A DNA stretch of 64,000 bases from Shigella phage SGF2, in the sequence record MN148435; one strand, 5' to 3'. Shown here piece after piece: positions 39,909-48,531 of the stretch. The position numbers were made by a program, and so were the translations under genes. Within the stretch, counting starts at the first letter, position 1; each line of letters opens with the position of its first letter. The notes under the pieces are model-generated. The model had not been told where the DNA came from. It did no database searches and saw nothing but the letters and a program-made list of their open reading frames with translations.

Positions 39909-40103
39909 TTATGTTATGTTATAAATTCGCATGATTGTACCACCATTGGCTTCAATAGCAGCAACCATTTGGTTTCGTTCTTCATCCGTGTAAACTAACA
40001 CACTTCTAAATTCACCTGTTGCATCAGTATAAAGGATGTTGTATTTCGGAGGTGGCTTACGGTAAATACCTTCCATCACTCTTTCTCCTCTCGTTCTTTC
40101 CAC
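39909..40103 (-). CDS. hypothetical small protein
   Basis: 64-aa ORF. Confidence 0.35.
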   Translation of the reverse strand: MERTRGERVMEGIYRKPPPKYNILYTDATGEFRSVLVYTDEERNQMVAAIEANGGTIMRIYNIT

Positions 40104-40259
40104 AGTTCGGCTAGCTCTAGATAGAACTCAGCCTCATCAGGACGACCTTGTTCATTACAGATGGCGCTCTGACGATAACACCAATCCGATGGCATCTCTT
40201 CCACTTCAATCTCCTTATTACGAACTAATCAATAAGAATAGTTCATTCGTCTTATTTAT

Positions 40260-40451
40260 TCACTCTACCAATGCAGGTACTTCTATCCGTTTAACTGTGA
40301 ATGTCTTGTTTGGAAACTTTCGAACTAGCTCTGCTGATTTGGTTATTGCTAAGTTCTCTGTCTCAAAGATACACAATTGACCATTTAATGCTATGAGGGT
40401 AGAGCCACCGCTGAAGATGGCCCAAGATTCATAATAGCCTTTAACACTCAT
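40260..40451 (-). CDS. hypothetical small protein
   Basis: 63-aa ORF, TAATG overlap with next gene. Confidence 0.35.
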   Translation of the reverse strand: MSVKGYYESWAIFSGGSTLIALNGQLCIFETENLAITKSAELVRKFPNKTFTVKRIEVPALVE

Positions 40452-40813
40452 TATTTAACCTCAATATTATATCTACTTTTCAGTGTATCTCTTACCCAAG
40501 CTACACGTTTTGGGTTTTTATGATGAGATCTAGTGTAACTATCCATGTGATACCGATCACACCCAAAAGGGTAAACCGGATCTTCAAAGTCAGTAAACAT
40601 ATTCTTTATATCATCTGCATCTAAATGCTTAGTGAAGTAATAGTGAGATTTATAACAACGAAAATTAAAACACAAACCACGGCCTTCATCAAACCAAGGA
40701 GGGCACTCCTCTGTTTGAGTTATGTGATAATACTGTAGGAGGAAATCTTCCATCCCCCTCTCCTTGAATAAACACCTAAGTGTTCTATAAACTATATTAG
40801 TTTCTTTCATCAC
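40451..40813 (-). CDS. Cys/His-rich hypothetical protein
   Basis: 120 aa with multiple Cys and His. Confidence 0.4.
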   Translation of the reverse strand: MMKETNIVYRTLRCLFKERGMEDFLLQYYHITQTEECPPWFDEGRGLCFNFRCYKSHYYFTKHLDADDIKNMFTDFEDPVYPFGCDRYHMDSYTRSHHKNPKRVAWVRDTLKSRYNIEVK

Positions 40814-40818
40814 CTACC

Positions 40819-42663
40819 TCAATGGGTATGCATCCAGTTAAGTCCAATCTGACAATCAGAAGCCAGAGGACATTCCATGTTCAAATATTCACCAGCCTTC
40901 TTAACACAAAGCTCGGTGTGTTCTTTGAGTTTCTGTACATCATTACGGTTCACTGAGAACTGGCCCTCATCGTGCATATCAATTACCTTAGCACAACGAA
41001 CCTTATCTTTCTCAATCCACTTGTTAAGGAACATCATAGCATATTTCATAACAACAGCACCAGCACATTGAAGGAGAGTATTAAGAGCTTTATGAACCAT
41101 AACTTTACCAGTGGCATCTCGTCTCATTGTAATCTTACGACCATCAACACCAATCAAGTATCCTTGAGCAGCTTTCTCTGTCATACGATCAATGAGGATT
41201 GCAATACATGGATTCTCTGCCAAGAAACGTGCTCGCATCACTGAACCTTCGTCAGCCCCACCACCTACAATTGAACCAAGCTTAGCATCACCAGCACCAT
41301 AGTTGAATGCGTAGATAAACGTCTTAGCGTTGTCACGAGTAGGAAGACCAGCAAGTTTCTGGTTGTGGGAGTGGATATCACCTTCAAGGAGAATATCACG
41401 ATACATAATAGCAGAAGCTAAACCACGCTCTGCCAGAGCTTTCTTAGCTGGATTATTCTCTTCGATTGCTTCAGCAAGCATATCCCTACACTCTTTAATG
41501 AGGTAGTGTGCGAGCATACGCAATTCTAATCCAGAACCATCATACCCTAAGAATACTTCTTTACCAGCGGGTATGTAATATTTGTAAGCACCTACAGGTT
41601 TATCTTTCTTCCCCGGCTTACCTTTCTCATAAATTACGTTAGTACCTTTTCGTATATAACAACCATCAGGAACAACGTTAGTAATAATGAAAGGACGAGA
41701 GTGATCATCATCTGAGTTATAGTCAGACTCAAACAAACCGCGACACTCATGACCAAACAAACCACGGGAGGGAATATTAACCACGATACGATGTTTGAAT
41801 CGAAAAGTCGGCGTAGCGCAGCTGTTAGCTTCTGCCGAAAGTTTACCATCTTCGCGTTCCTTTGCTATGAGTCCACTGATAAGACCTAGCCTGTGAGCCG
41901 CTACAACGCGTCTCTTAAGCAAACTTCCGACACTCCCTAGCTCACCCCCTAACCCTTCTTCAAGAGTCTCCTCGAGGTTTGTAGGAGCTGTAGGCCACTT
42001 GTTTGAGGTAGCTAGTGCTATCTTAATCTCATCAAAAGTGATAGGTCTACGTCGGTTAGGATTTAAACCTAAACCAAACACATAAGCCTTCATATAGTTC
42101 TTAGTTTTAAACCGAAAATGCTTCTCTAAGAACTTTCTAATATCAGCGTCAACCATCTCGGCTGTCTGCTTCTGTTTAGCATTACCTCGCATCCAAGCTG
42201 AATACCACGCTTGGTATGTTCCATACTTTCGCATATCTTTCTTGATTTCAAAAGTATTCCAAGGTTTCTTTGATACGTTAAACTCTGGAGGAAGAAAGCC
42301 CTCATCCATAAGGGCTTCTTTAACTCGTGCATCTTTCGATGGGTCAAAGTCTACATATTCAACACAGGTGAATGCTCCACCAATGTCTTCTCTCTTAAGA
42401 CCAACTCTATCACAATAGGCTTGAGGCCACTTCTGTAAAGCTCCAGACTTCTTAAATGGCTTCATATAAGTAGAGCCATCTAGTCTCATCTTAGGTAAGA
42501 GAGGAATCAATTCTTTATCAATATTAACAATAATCTCTTTAAGGAGGTGAACATACCACCGAGCATTTCTTCGGTTGAAACTCACTCCGTGCTTCGCTTG
42601 CTTAGAGATTATATCAGCGACAGTCATCTCTGTCAAAAATGGGAGAGCGTCCGGGTTGCTCAC
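40819..42663 (-). CDS. DNA polymerase, family A (polymerase domain only)
   Basis: motif A LGYDGSGLELR, motif B RDNAKTFIYAFNYG, motif C VIDMHDE; no DEDD exonuclease motifs in this 614-aa protein. Confidence 0.8.
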   Translation of the reverse strand: MSNPDALPFLTEMTVADIISKQAKHGVSFNRRNARWYVHLLKEIIVNIDKELIPLLPKMRLDGSTYMKPFKKSGALQKWPQAYCDRVGLKREDIGGAFTCVEYVDFDPSKDARVKEALMDEGFLPPEFNVSKKPWNTFEIKKDMRKYGTYQAWYSAWMRGNAKQKQTAEMVDADIRKFLEKHFRFKTKNYMKAYVFGLGLNPNRRRPITFDEIKIALATSNKWPTAPTNLEETLEEGLGGELGSVGSLLKRRVVAAHRLGLISGLIAKEREDGKLSAEANSCATPTFRFKHRIVVNIPSRGLFGHECRGLFESDYNSDDDHSRPFIITNVVPDGCYIRKGTNVIYEKGKPGKKDKPVGAYKYYIPAGKEVFLGYDGSGLELRMLAHYLIKECRDMLAEAIEENNPAKKALAERGLASAIMYRDILLEGDIHSHNQKLAGLPTRDNAKTFIYAFNYGAGDAKLGSIVGGGADEGSVMRARFLAENPCIAILIDRMTEKAAQGYLIGVDGRKITMRRDATGKVMVHKALNTLLQCAGAVVMKYAMMFLNKWIEKDKVRCAKVIDMHDEGQFSVNRNDVQKLKEHTELCVKKAGEYLNMECPLASDCQIGLNWMHTH

Positions 42664-42679
42664 TTTATACTCCTTTAAA

Positions 42680-43102
42680 TTATCGGTAAAGTAAATCTGT
42701 GAATGCTTGGTTATCTTCTACTACATCTAGCATGGTAGCTTCATCACTGTAAGCCCTAACCGTCCCGTTGACAACTGTCCAAGGAGGTGGTGGAGGTGGT
42801 GCATGGTTAGCCCTAGCTTCACGAGGTTGCTCTCGTACTAAATGAGCCACAACCCTTTGGTTAGCGACTTCTTCTCTTTCTCGGATAGCTCTCTGAATGT
42901 AAGCCAACTTCATACCCCAAGCTTCTTCAAACTCTTGAGGGTGCTTATCACTGATAACCACATACTGACGTTCAGGGATACCAGAGCGAATCTCTGACAG
43001 TAGTTCATGGAACAAATCAAGTTCATGTTCAGTGAGATTCATTTCGATATCATCCCACTTAAGAACTAAGAAACGGTTTTGGTGTCTAGCTGGTAATGGC
43101 AT
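42680..43102 (-). CDS. hypothetical protein
   Basis: 140 aa; contains PPPPPPW. Confidence 0.4.
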   Translation of the reverse strand: MPLPARHQNRFLVLKWDDIEMNLTEHELDLFHELLSEIRSGIPERQYVVISDKHPQEFEEAWGMKLAYIQRAIREREEVANQRVVAHLVREQPREARANHAPPPPPPWTVVNGTVRAYSDEATMLDVVEDNQAFTDLLYR

Positions 43103-43103
43103 T

Positions 43104-43262
43104 CTACTCCACCTCTACTTCAATGTAAGTTCTCTCGCCAACGTCATCTTTTAAGACCCATGCCTTGGCATCTTCTTCAGACTTAAAAGCTTTCACAACG
43201 CTGTACCCACCTTCCCATTCATCACCGAACCACCGCTGACCAACGTAAATATACTCTTTCAT
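43104..43262 (-). CDS. hypothetical small protein
   Basis: about 52-aa ORF MKEYIYVGQRWFGDEWEGG... filling gap between flanking genes. Confidence 0.25.
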   Translation of the reverse strand: MKEYIYVGQRWFGDEWEGGYSVVKAFKSEEDAKAWVLKDDVGERTYIEVEVE

Positions 43263-43265
43263 AGC

Positions 43266-43550
43266 TTAACCTTTTGGGAACGGCATTAAAAATTCCATAG
43301 CAGATTTAATTTCGTTATTGATTCGTGCATCGCGATAAGAGATAAATTTACCTTTGCTATCTCGTAACATCACATGAGTTCTGGCTGTTTTGTGAGGAAG
43401 CAAAGTAATACTGGTTGGGATAGTATCAATCCCCACAGAGAACGAATTAATAGTCTTACTCTCAACTAGCAGGTAAGACCAAGTACGTGGTTTCTGCTCT
43501 GGGCGATTAGGGTATGTGTCTCGAATCTGAACCATAGCTAACTTATTCAT
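43266..43550 (-). CDS. small protein, paralog of 43552..43806
   Basis: shares KTARThVmLRdskGKFISY...FLmPFPKG with neighbour. Confidence 0.45.
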   Translation of the reverse strand: MNKLAMVQIRDTYPNRPEQKPRTWSYLLVESKTINSFSVGIDTIPTSITLLPHKTARTHVMLRDSKGKFISYRDARINNEIKSAMEFLMPFPKG

Positions 43551-43551
43551 T

Positions 43552-43806
43552 TTAAACTCCTTTAGGGAAAGGGATGAGATTTTCTACTGCAACACGGAAA
43601 GATTTTTCTACGTTCTTATTCTTATAAGAGATAAATTTTCCATCAGCTCCGCGAAGGAGTACGTTAGTGCGAGCTGTTTTTGGGTTAATCTCAATCATCC
43701 GTTCGATGATCTTGTTTGATTTGTTGTGGTGGTTAGCGAAAGCCCACTTAACAACCTTGCCATCTCTGGTTACATCAAAAATATTTACGATTTTTACAAT
43801 AGACAT
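43552..43806 (-). CDS. small protein, paralog of 43266..43550
   Basis: shares KTARTnVlLRgadGKFISY...NLIPFPKG with neighbour. Confidence 0.45.
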   Translation of the reverse strand: MSIVKIVNIFDVTRDGKVVKWAFANHHNKSNKIIERMIEINPKTARTNVLLRGADGKFISYKNKNVEKSFRVAVENLIPFPKGV

Positions 43807-43840
43807 ATTTATTACCTAAGAAGTTTATTTTGGTTTATAT

Positions 43841-43869
43841 AAAAGAAAAGGCCACCCATTTGGGTAGCC
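43841..43869 (-). terminator. intrinsic terminator
   Basis: - strand ggcuaccc-aaau-ggguggcc followed by UUUUCUUUU, just downstream of HNH gene. Confidence 0.45.
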
Positions 43870-43885
43870 TCATATTACGATGAGC

Positions 43886-44377
43886 TTAAAGCTCCTTTAA
43901 AGCATGGAGTATAGCTGTATGGCTCACGCCAAACAACTTACCAAGACCTCTAGAGCCAAAATCCCTAGAACCCTTCACATACATCTGTTTAATCTTTACA
44001 ACATCTCCAGAGGATAATTTGGTCATTCCGTTATTGTCACGAGTATGCCCTTTATTCAACCCTGTATCAAAGGAATGTTGTATGTTTTCAGAAGCGGATA
44101 CCCATTCAAGATTCTCCAGTCGATTATCGTCTTTTATCCCATTGATGTGGTTGACTTCTGGATAATTGTTAGGGTTTGGTATAAAGTGCGTAGCTATAAG
44201 TCGGTGCGCTCTCCATCGTCTTCCTTGGAAATACACACCGATATAGCCTTTCGATATCATACATCCAGCTATCTTTCCGGGGTGGCTTTTGTTCCACATC
44301 ACTCCTTTGCTAGGAGATTTTGTGTAATATAGGTTACCTGTGACCGCATCGTAAGATAAGGTGTCATCAAGAACCAC
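43886..44377 (-). CDS. HNH homing endonuclease
   Basis: EVNHINGIKDDNRLENLEWVSASEN HNH signature plus C-terminal helix-turn-helix-like LGKLFGVSHTAILHALKEL. Confidence 0.65.
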   Translation of the reverse strand: MVLDDTLSYDAVTGNLYYTKSPSKGVMWNKSHPGKIAGCMISKGYIGVYFQGRRWRAHRLIATHFIPNPNNYPEVNHINGIKDDNRLENLEWVSASENIQHSFDTGLNKGHTRDNNGMTKLSSGDVVKIKQMYVKGSRDFGSRGLGKLFGVSHTAILHALKEL

Positions 44378-44684
44378 TCAACGCCCCCTTCCTAGCTCCG
44401 TTTGCTTTTCCAGCTCGATCACCACTTTTGCCGCCGTTTGAACGGTTTGAGCTGACTGATTCAACACGTAAGTTGCTTGACGCATTAGAGCCTCCAGACT
44501 TGACAGCTCGTTTGTGTCCAACATCTTTACCTCTGACAGCAGCTTTTCCATCGCGCTTTTCAACGATGCGACGTGCACGGTGGCGCTGAGCATCTCCGCT
44601 CTTGCTCCCAATGCCTGTCTCACCACGGGCAATTGCGGTACGTCTTTCTTGTGCATAATCTCTCTTTCCTACATGATCTGCCAT
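44367..44684 (-). CDS. basic K/R/G/S-rich low-complexity protein
   Basis: ATG 44684 with AAGGAG RBS downstream of TAATGTATA; 105 aa; an alternative 92-aa ORF (44378..44656) fully overlaps in another frame. Confidence 0.4.
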   Translation of the reverse strand: MADHVGKRDYAQERRTAIARGETGIGSKSGDAQRHRARRIVEKRDGKAAVRGKDVGHKRAVKSGGSNASSNLRVESVSSNRSNGGKSGDRAGKANGARKGALSGS

Positions 44685-44720
44685 TTAGAACTCCTTAATA
44701 TATCAGTGTACACTAAGGAG

Positions 44721-44729
44721 TATACATTA
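44721..44729 (-). promoter_or_regulatory. TAATGTATA promoter-like motif
   Basis: - strand 9-mer 36 nt upstream of ATG 44684. Confidence 0.45.
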
Positions 44730-44740
44730 TAAGTTACTGT

Positions 44741-45478
44741 TTAAGCTTTCTTTTCCATTGCTTTAACAATCGCCTTACAGAAACCAGAACGAACAATATC
44801 ATCTGATTCACCATCTACAATCTCAGCAAACTCATACAGATCGTGTTCATCAATAAAGTTAGTAGCCCAAGTTAGACCACTCTCACGACCACGCATGTCA
44901 TGCTGGTTTGTATCACCCATGCAGAACAGCTGAGAGGTTTCCCCCAATCGAGTCATGATGGAGAAGGCTTCATCTTTAGTTGTGTTCTGGAACTCATCAA
45001 CAATAACAATAGCATCATTGAAAGAACGACCACGGAGATATTCCAGAGGTACGAACTCAATGTTACTATTACCGAGCTGGCATTCATAGAACCCCTTACC
45101 GTACCGCTGAGTAATAACATCAATGATAGGCATCAGGTAAGGTTCAAACTTCTCACGCATTCCTCCCGGAAGCAACCCAAGAGAGTTGCCCATTCCAACT
45201 GAAGGACGACTCAGGATAATCTTCTGAATCTTACCACTCTTCAATGCATCAATAACTGTGGAAGTGATTACAAAGGTCTTACCACAGCCCGCAGGAGCGT
45301 CTGTGAACACAACTTGCTTAGTCTTGATAGCGTTGAGTAGCTCAGACTGAAACTGGTTCTGAGGGACTACAGGCTTTGCTAAAACCACCTCTTCAAACTC
45401 TCGCTTACCCTTACGAGTGACAAGTGCTTCCCGACGAAGGTCTTTCCGTGATTCTTTCCGTGATTGACGACGACTCAT
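44741..45478 (-). CDS. phoH: PhoH-like ATPase
   Basis: Walker A DAPAGCGKTFV, Walker B IVIVDEFQN; 245 aa. Confidence 0.65.
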   Translation of the reverse strand: MSRRQSRKESRKDLRREALVTRKGKREFEEVVLAKPVVPQNQFQSELLNAIKTKQVVFTDAPAGCGKTFVITSTVIDALKSGKIQKIILSRPSVGMGNSLGLLPGGMREKFEPYLMPIIDVITQRYGKGFYECQLGNSNIEFVPLEYLRGRSFNDAIVIVDEFQNTTKDEAFSIMTRLGETSQLFCMGDTNQHDMRGRESGLTWATNFIDEHDLYEFAEIVDGESDDIVRSGFCKAIVKAMEKKA

Positions 45479-45660
45479 TTACGCTCTCCAATTTCTTCGT
45501 AATGACATTCAGTAGTTAAACAATCTTTACAGATTGCTGTATAAACCCTGACGTTAGTAAATCGTTTGTTCTTCCCTTTGGTTGGAGAGCCTTTGGCAAG
45601 CTCTCTGATAACCTTGTTACTTAAGTGAAGGTTTGTTCCTTCACATTTAGAGCACTTCAT
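45475..45660 (-). CDS. zinc-ribbon small protein
   Basis: CSKCEG...CKDCLTTEC. Confidence 0.4.
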   Translation of the reverse strand: MKCSKCEGTNLHLSNKVIRELAKGSPTKGKNKRFTNVRVYTAICKDCLTTECHYEEIGERK

Positions 45661-45976
45661 GGTTCATATCTTTATGAATCCTGTAAACAACTGTCGCCAT
45701 ACAAGCAACAGCCTCATTGTGTGGGAGATGCATCCCTGTAGAACCGTCCCAATCTTTGAACTCATTATCAAAGACTCCGGTAGGTTCTGGATAGAGGGCT
45801 TGCAACTCAACCAAATCGTTAGCAACTTGTTGCCATTTATCATCAGACCAGATAGGGTCATCCAACCAGTAATACAAATAGGAATGGATGATCAATTGCC
45901 TTCTATGCCGATTGATTACTTCAGCGGGACTTATCTCACTTCCATTTGAAGTCCTAAATGTATTACTGTCAATCAT
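45647..45976 (-). CDS. hypothetical protein, NAD-ligase domain Ia-like (weak)
   Basis: RHRRQLIIHSYLYYWLDDPIWSDDKWQQVANDLVELQALYPEP resembles LigA N-terminal HxxYLYxxDxPxIxDxxYDxLxxEL pattern. Confidence 0.3.
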   Translation of the reverse strand: MIDSNTFRTSNGSEISPAEVINRHRRQLIIHSYLYYWLDDPIWSDDKWQQVANDLVELQALYPEPTGVFDNEFKDWDGSTGMHLPHNEAVACMATVVYRIHKDMNHEVL

Positions 45977-46176
45977 TTCACAACCTTAAATTTGAATGTT
46001 GTTGGGTGATAATAATGCAACCTGTTGATGGTGTGCTTGATTTCAAGGTATGTCCTACAGGAGTGGCACATAACATGAGACAAACCAGTAACAGGATTGG
46101 TCTTAAAATTGATGATAGGCTTCTCTTTCTTACAGAAGCTACAGACTTTCTTTTCCATCTTTTCTCCAGTGGTCAA
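45973..46176 (-). CDS. zinc-finger small protein
   Basis: CSFCKK...CHSC. Confidence 0.4.
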   Translation of the reverse strand: MTTGEKMEKKVCSFCKKEKPIINFKTNPVTGLSHVMCHSCRTYLEIKHTINRLHYYHPTTFKFKVVK

Positions 46177-46372
46177 CGAATTGCTGAAACACTATATGGT
46201 CGAATGTGAAACCGCGAGCAATCCCACACTCTACGAAAGTAGAAGGCATATAATCTACATCACCTTCAGATGTATGACCATAGACTTGAATAAGCTTCTT
46301 AATCTTATCCTTCTCTCTTTGAGGAAGCATTCTAAATGCCTCCTGAATATCTGTAATATGTTTTATCTTCAT
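46139..46372 (-). CDS. hypothetical small protein
   Basis: 77-aa ORF. Confidence 0.35.
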   Translation of the reverse strand: MKIKHITDIQEAFRMLPQREKDKIKKLIQVYGHTSEGDVDYMPSTFVECGIARGFTFDHIVFQQFVDHWRKDGKESL

Positions 46373-46384
46373 CAGAAATTCCTG

Positions 46385-46519
46385 CTAATCCTCTGAGTTG
46401 TGGGAACAGCAATATTCACATACTCCGCAACAAGGGCAAATTTCTACACTTGGGTCATATGCATCATCAACTGTCATCCCACACTTGGTGCAGAACACAT
46501 CGTCATCTTCTTCCAACAT
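46385..46519 (-). CDS. Cys-rich small protein
   Basis: about 44-aa ORF MLEEDDDVFCTKCG...CPCCGVCEYCC; TAATG overlap with upstream gene. Confidence 0.25.
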   Translation of the reverse strand: MLEEDDDVFCTKCGMTVDDAYDPSVEICPCCGVCEYCCSHNSED

Positions 46520-46803
46520 TAACTCTCCAAACAAGAATCATTCATCAGTAGTTCCAAACTATCAAGTGTGTAATAATAACCAAAGAATGGGGCTGTTGAC
46601 TTGGAAACCTTTTTATCAAAAAGAGATTGAGAAAGATTTATTTCCACTCCAGCGTCTTCAAGCTGTTGCTTTGTTGGGTATGTAACGAAAGAGCAAAGCA
46701 CTTCTGTGTACTCCCCTCTATCCGTCTCTTCAACACGACTCAGAATCCAAATACTTTTACTAGCCATTTTTAACTCTCCAAAGTTTTCTTCAGAGCTGCC
46801 CAC
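46519..46803 (-). CDS. hypothetical protein
   Basis: 94-aa ORF. Confidence 0.4.
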   Translation of the reverse strand: MGSSEENFGELKMASKSIWILSRVEETDRGEYTEVLCSFVTYPTKQQLEDAGVEINLSQSLFDKKVSKSTAPFFGYYYTLDSLELLMNDSCLES

Positions 46804-47426
46804 GAGATTGGGTAGAGTTTAGCCATCTCTTCATCCAGAGATTGAGCAAACACTCGAACTTCATATTGAGCGTGAGAGGAGAGTCGCTGACGACACAACT
46901 CAAACCAGCCATACAAAGAACCGGTCCACACCCACTCAGTGATCATCCCCTGAGGAAGAACAAATCGAGCTTGCTCTGGTGCAATAAACTCAATCAACTT
47001 GTCATATGCTGCTAGAGAAGCTTCATATGAATCGTTAATCAGCATTAATGCTTCAGCTCGCTCTCCGTCGATGAGTTGAACCCCTGAACCTGCATGGAGG
47101 TCCGAAGGTCTCGCAAAAATCTCTTTAGGGATGAAGACTTCAACTGCTCCATCTTTATACCGCCGGGACATTTCGTTCCACGAGAATCCAACCTGATGCT
47201 TGCCCAACTGTCTCGCAATTGCAATAGGTGCTTTGCATCGGAAACTGACTTGCGGGTGTCGGAATGGGGTAACATGCTTCTCTCTTGCGAGAAAGTTGAT
47301 GAGACGTTCATCGCGTTCATTTAAATCACCTTCACGGGTTACGCCAAAGGAAACTCGAGCTGCGTTTACTACGCTACGATCACTTCCCATAGCTTCAATT
47401 AATGTTGCTTGTAGTTGTTCATTCAT
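46770..47426 (-). CDS. thyX: flavin-dependent thymidylate synthase ThyX
   Basis: VVNAARVSFG near N-terminus and RHPQVSF...MSRRY resembling ThyX RHR-x7-S signature. Confidence 0.6.
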   Translation of the reverse strand: MNEQLQATLIEAMGSDRSVVNAARVSFGVTREGDLNERDERLINFLAREKHVTPFRHPQVSFRCKAPIAIARQLGKHQVGFSWNEMSRRYKDGAVEVFIPKEIFARPSDLHAGSGVQLIDGERAEALMLINDSYEASLAAYDKLIEFIAPEQARFVLPQGMITEWVWTGSLYGWFELCRQRLSSHAQYEVRVFAQSLDEEMAKLYPISWAALKKTLES

Positions 47427-47441
47427 CCGTGAATATCCTTA

Positions 47442-47717
47442 TTACTTATTTCTCAGGGCTGTGTCCAAAAATGCTTTCAGGTTTGCTTCAGTCTGCATAC
47501 CGGAGAGGCTGTAGTGTGCACCACTGTTACGGTCAGGCACAACGAAAGCAGGGATACTTCGTACACCATACTTAACAGCTTGTTCACGACCACCACCTTC
47601 AAGGATGTTAATCTCTTCCACTTCTACATCAAACTCCTTAACAACCTTCTCAAAGGTAGGAGCCATTGCTTTACATGGAGCACACTGATCACTATAAAAC
47701 TTAATTACTTTAGACAT
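47442..47717 (-). CDS. thioredoxin-like protein
   Basis: CAPC active-site motif near N-terminus; 91 aa. Confidence 0.5.
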   Translation of the reverse strand: MSKVIKFYSDQCAPCKAMAPTFEKVVKEFDVEVEEINILEGGGREQAVKYGVRSIPAFVVPDRNSGAHYSLSGMQTEANLKAFLDTALRNK

Positions 47718-47725
47718 GTAAATCC

Positions 47726-47905
47726 TTATGCAGTCAGGAGGTGAAGCAGGAATGGGATAACAACAGCTACGATAACCATGATAGTTGATGCTGTTTGAAT
47801 CTCACCTTTCTTATCAGGAGTTTCTTCAATAAGCTTACCAGAAGCCCAATAAATACCACCACCAATAAAGATAGCCCAAATACCCCATACGATTGCTGAT
47901 AACAT
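47726..47905 (-). CDS. small membrane protein (two hydrophobic segments)
   Basis: 59-aa ORF MLSAIVWGIWAIFIGGGIYW...IMVIVAVVIPFLLHLL; below track cutoff. Confidence 0.35.
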   Translation of the reverse strand: MLSAIVWGIWAIFIGGGIYWASGKLIEETPDKKGEIQTASTIMVIVAVVIPFLLHLLTA

Positions 47906-47967
47906 ATATCTATATCCTTATAAATAAGTTCGCCCCACCTCGGGTTAGGAGACAGGGCGGAGGTTTT

Positions 47968-48531
47968 TTAGTAAGACACGTCACCACTTGAATGGGACAT
48001 GTTGCTCTTGACGAAGTAGCAATACTTGCCAAGACCTTCATTAATTTCTTGAAGCATACTCTGATCGACAGGGTAGGTGGCTAAATCACCATCAAACTCA
48101 TCCATCTTCTCAATAATACACATCAAGGTCATGCACATATCAGAGAGCATACCGTCCATGTCTAGATCAGCATTACCCTCTGAGAACCAAGCATGAGAGA
48201 GGTAGTTAGCTGCTGTAGCATCCACTTTAACACAGTGGTAACGCATACGTTCAGCAATACGATCTCCTACCTGTCGTGCGTAATCTTCCAGCTCATCAAA
48301 CATACCATGAACACCCTGAAATCCTGCACCAGAGACGTTCCAGTGGTAGTTTTTAGCTTTGATATGCAAGAGTTCCATGTTAGCTTGTAAGCAGCTTAGG
48401 ATGTGTTCTAGGCTGTTTCCACTAATCATACCCTGCATTGTTTCAAGGCGAGAGATTGAAAGCTCAGACCGGTCTAACATATTATAGTCGACACGACCAA
48501 TCTCAGGTAAATCAAAGACATTCTTATGCAT
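47968..48531 (-). CDS. Dps/ferritin-like protein
   Basis: KNYHWNVSGAGFQGVHGMFDELEDYARQVGDRIAERM matches Dps ferroxidase-site pattern; track start 48579 is TTG, ATG 48531 preferred. Confidence 0.55.
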   Translation of the reverse strand: MHKNVFDLPEIGRVDYNMLDRSELSISRLETMQGMISGNSLEHILSCLQANMELLHIKAKNYHWNVSGAGFQGVHGMFDELEDYARQVGDRIAERMRYHCVKVDATAANYLSHAWFSEGNADLDMDGMLSDMCMTLMCIIEKMDEFDGDLATYPVDQSMLQEINEGLGKYCYFVKSNMSHSSGDVSY

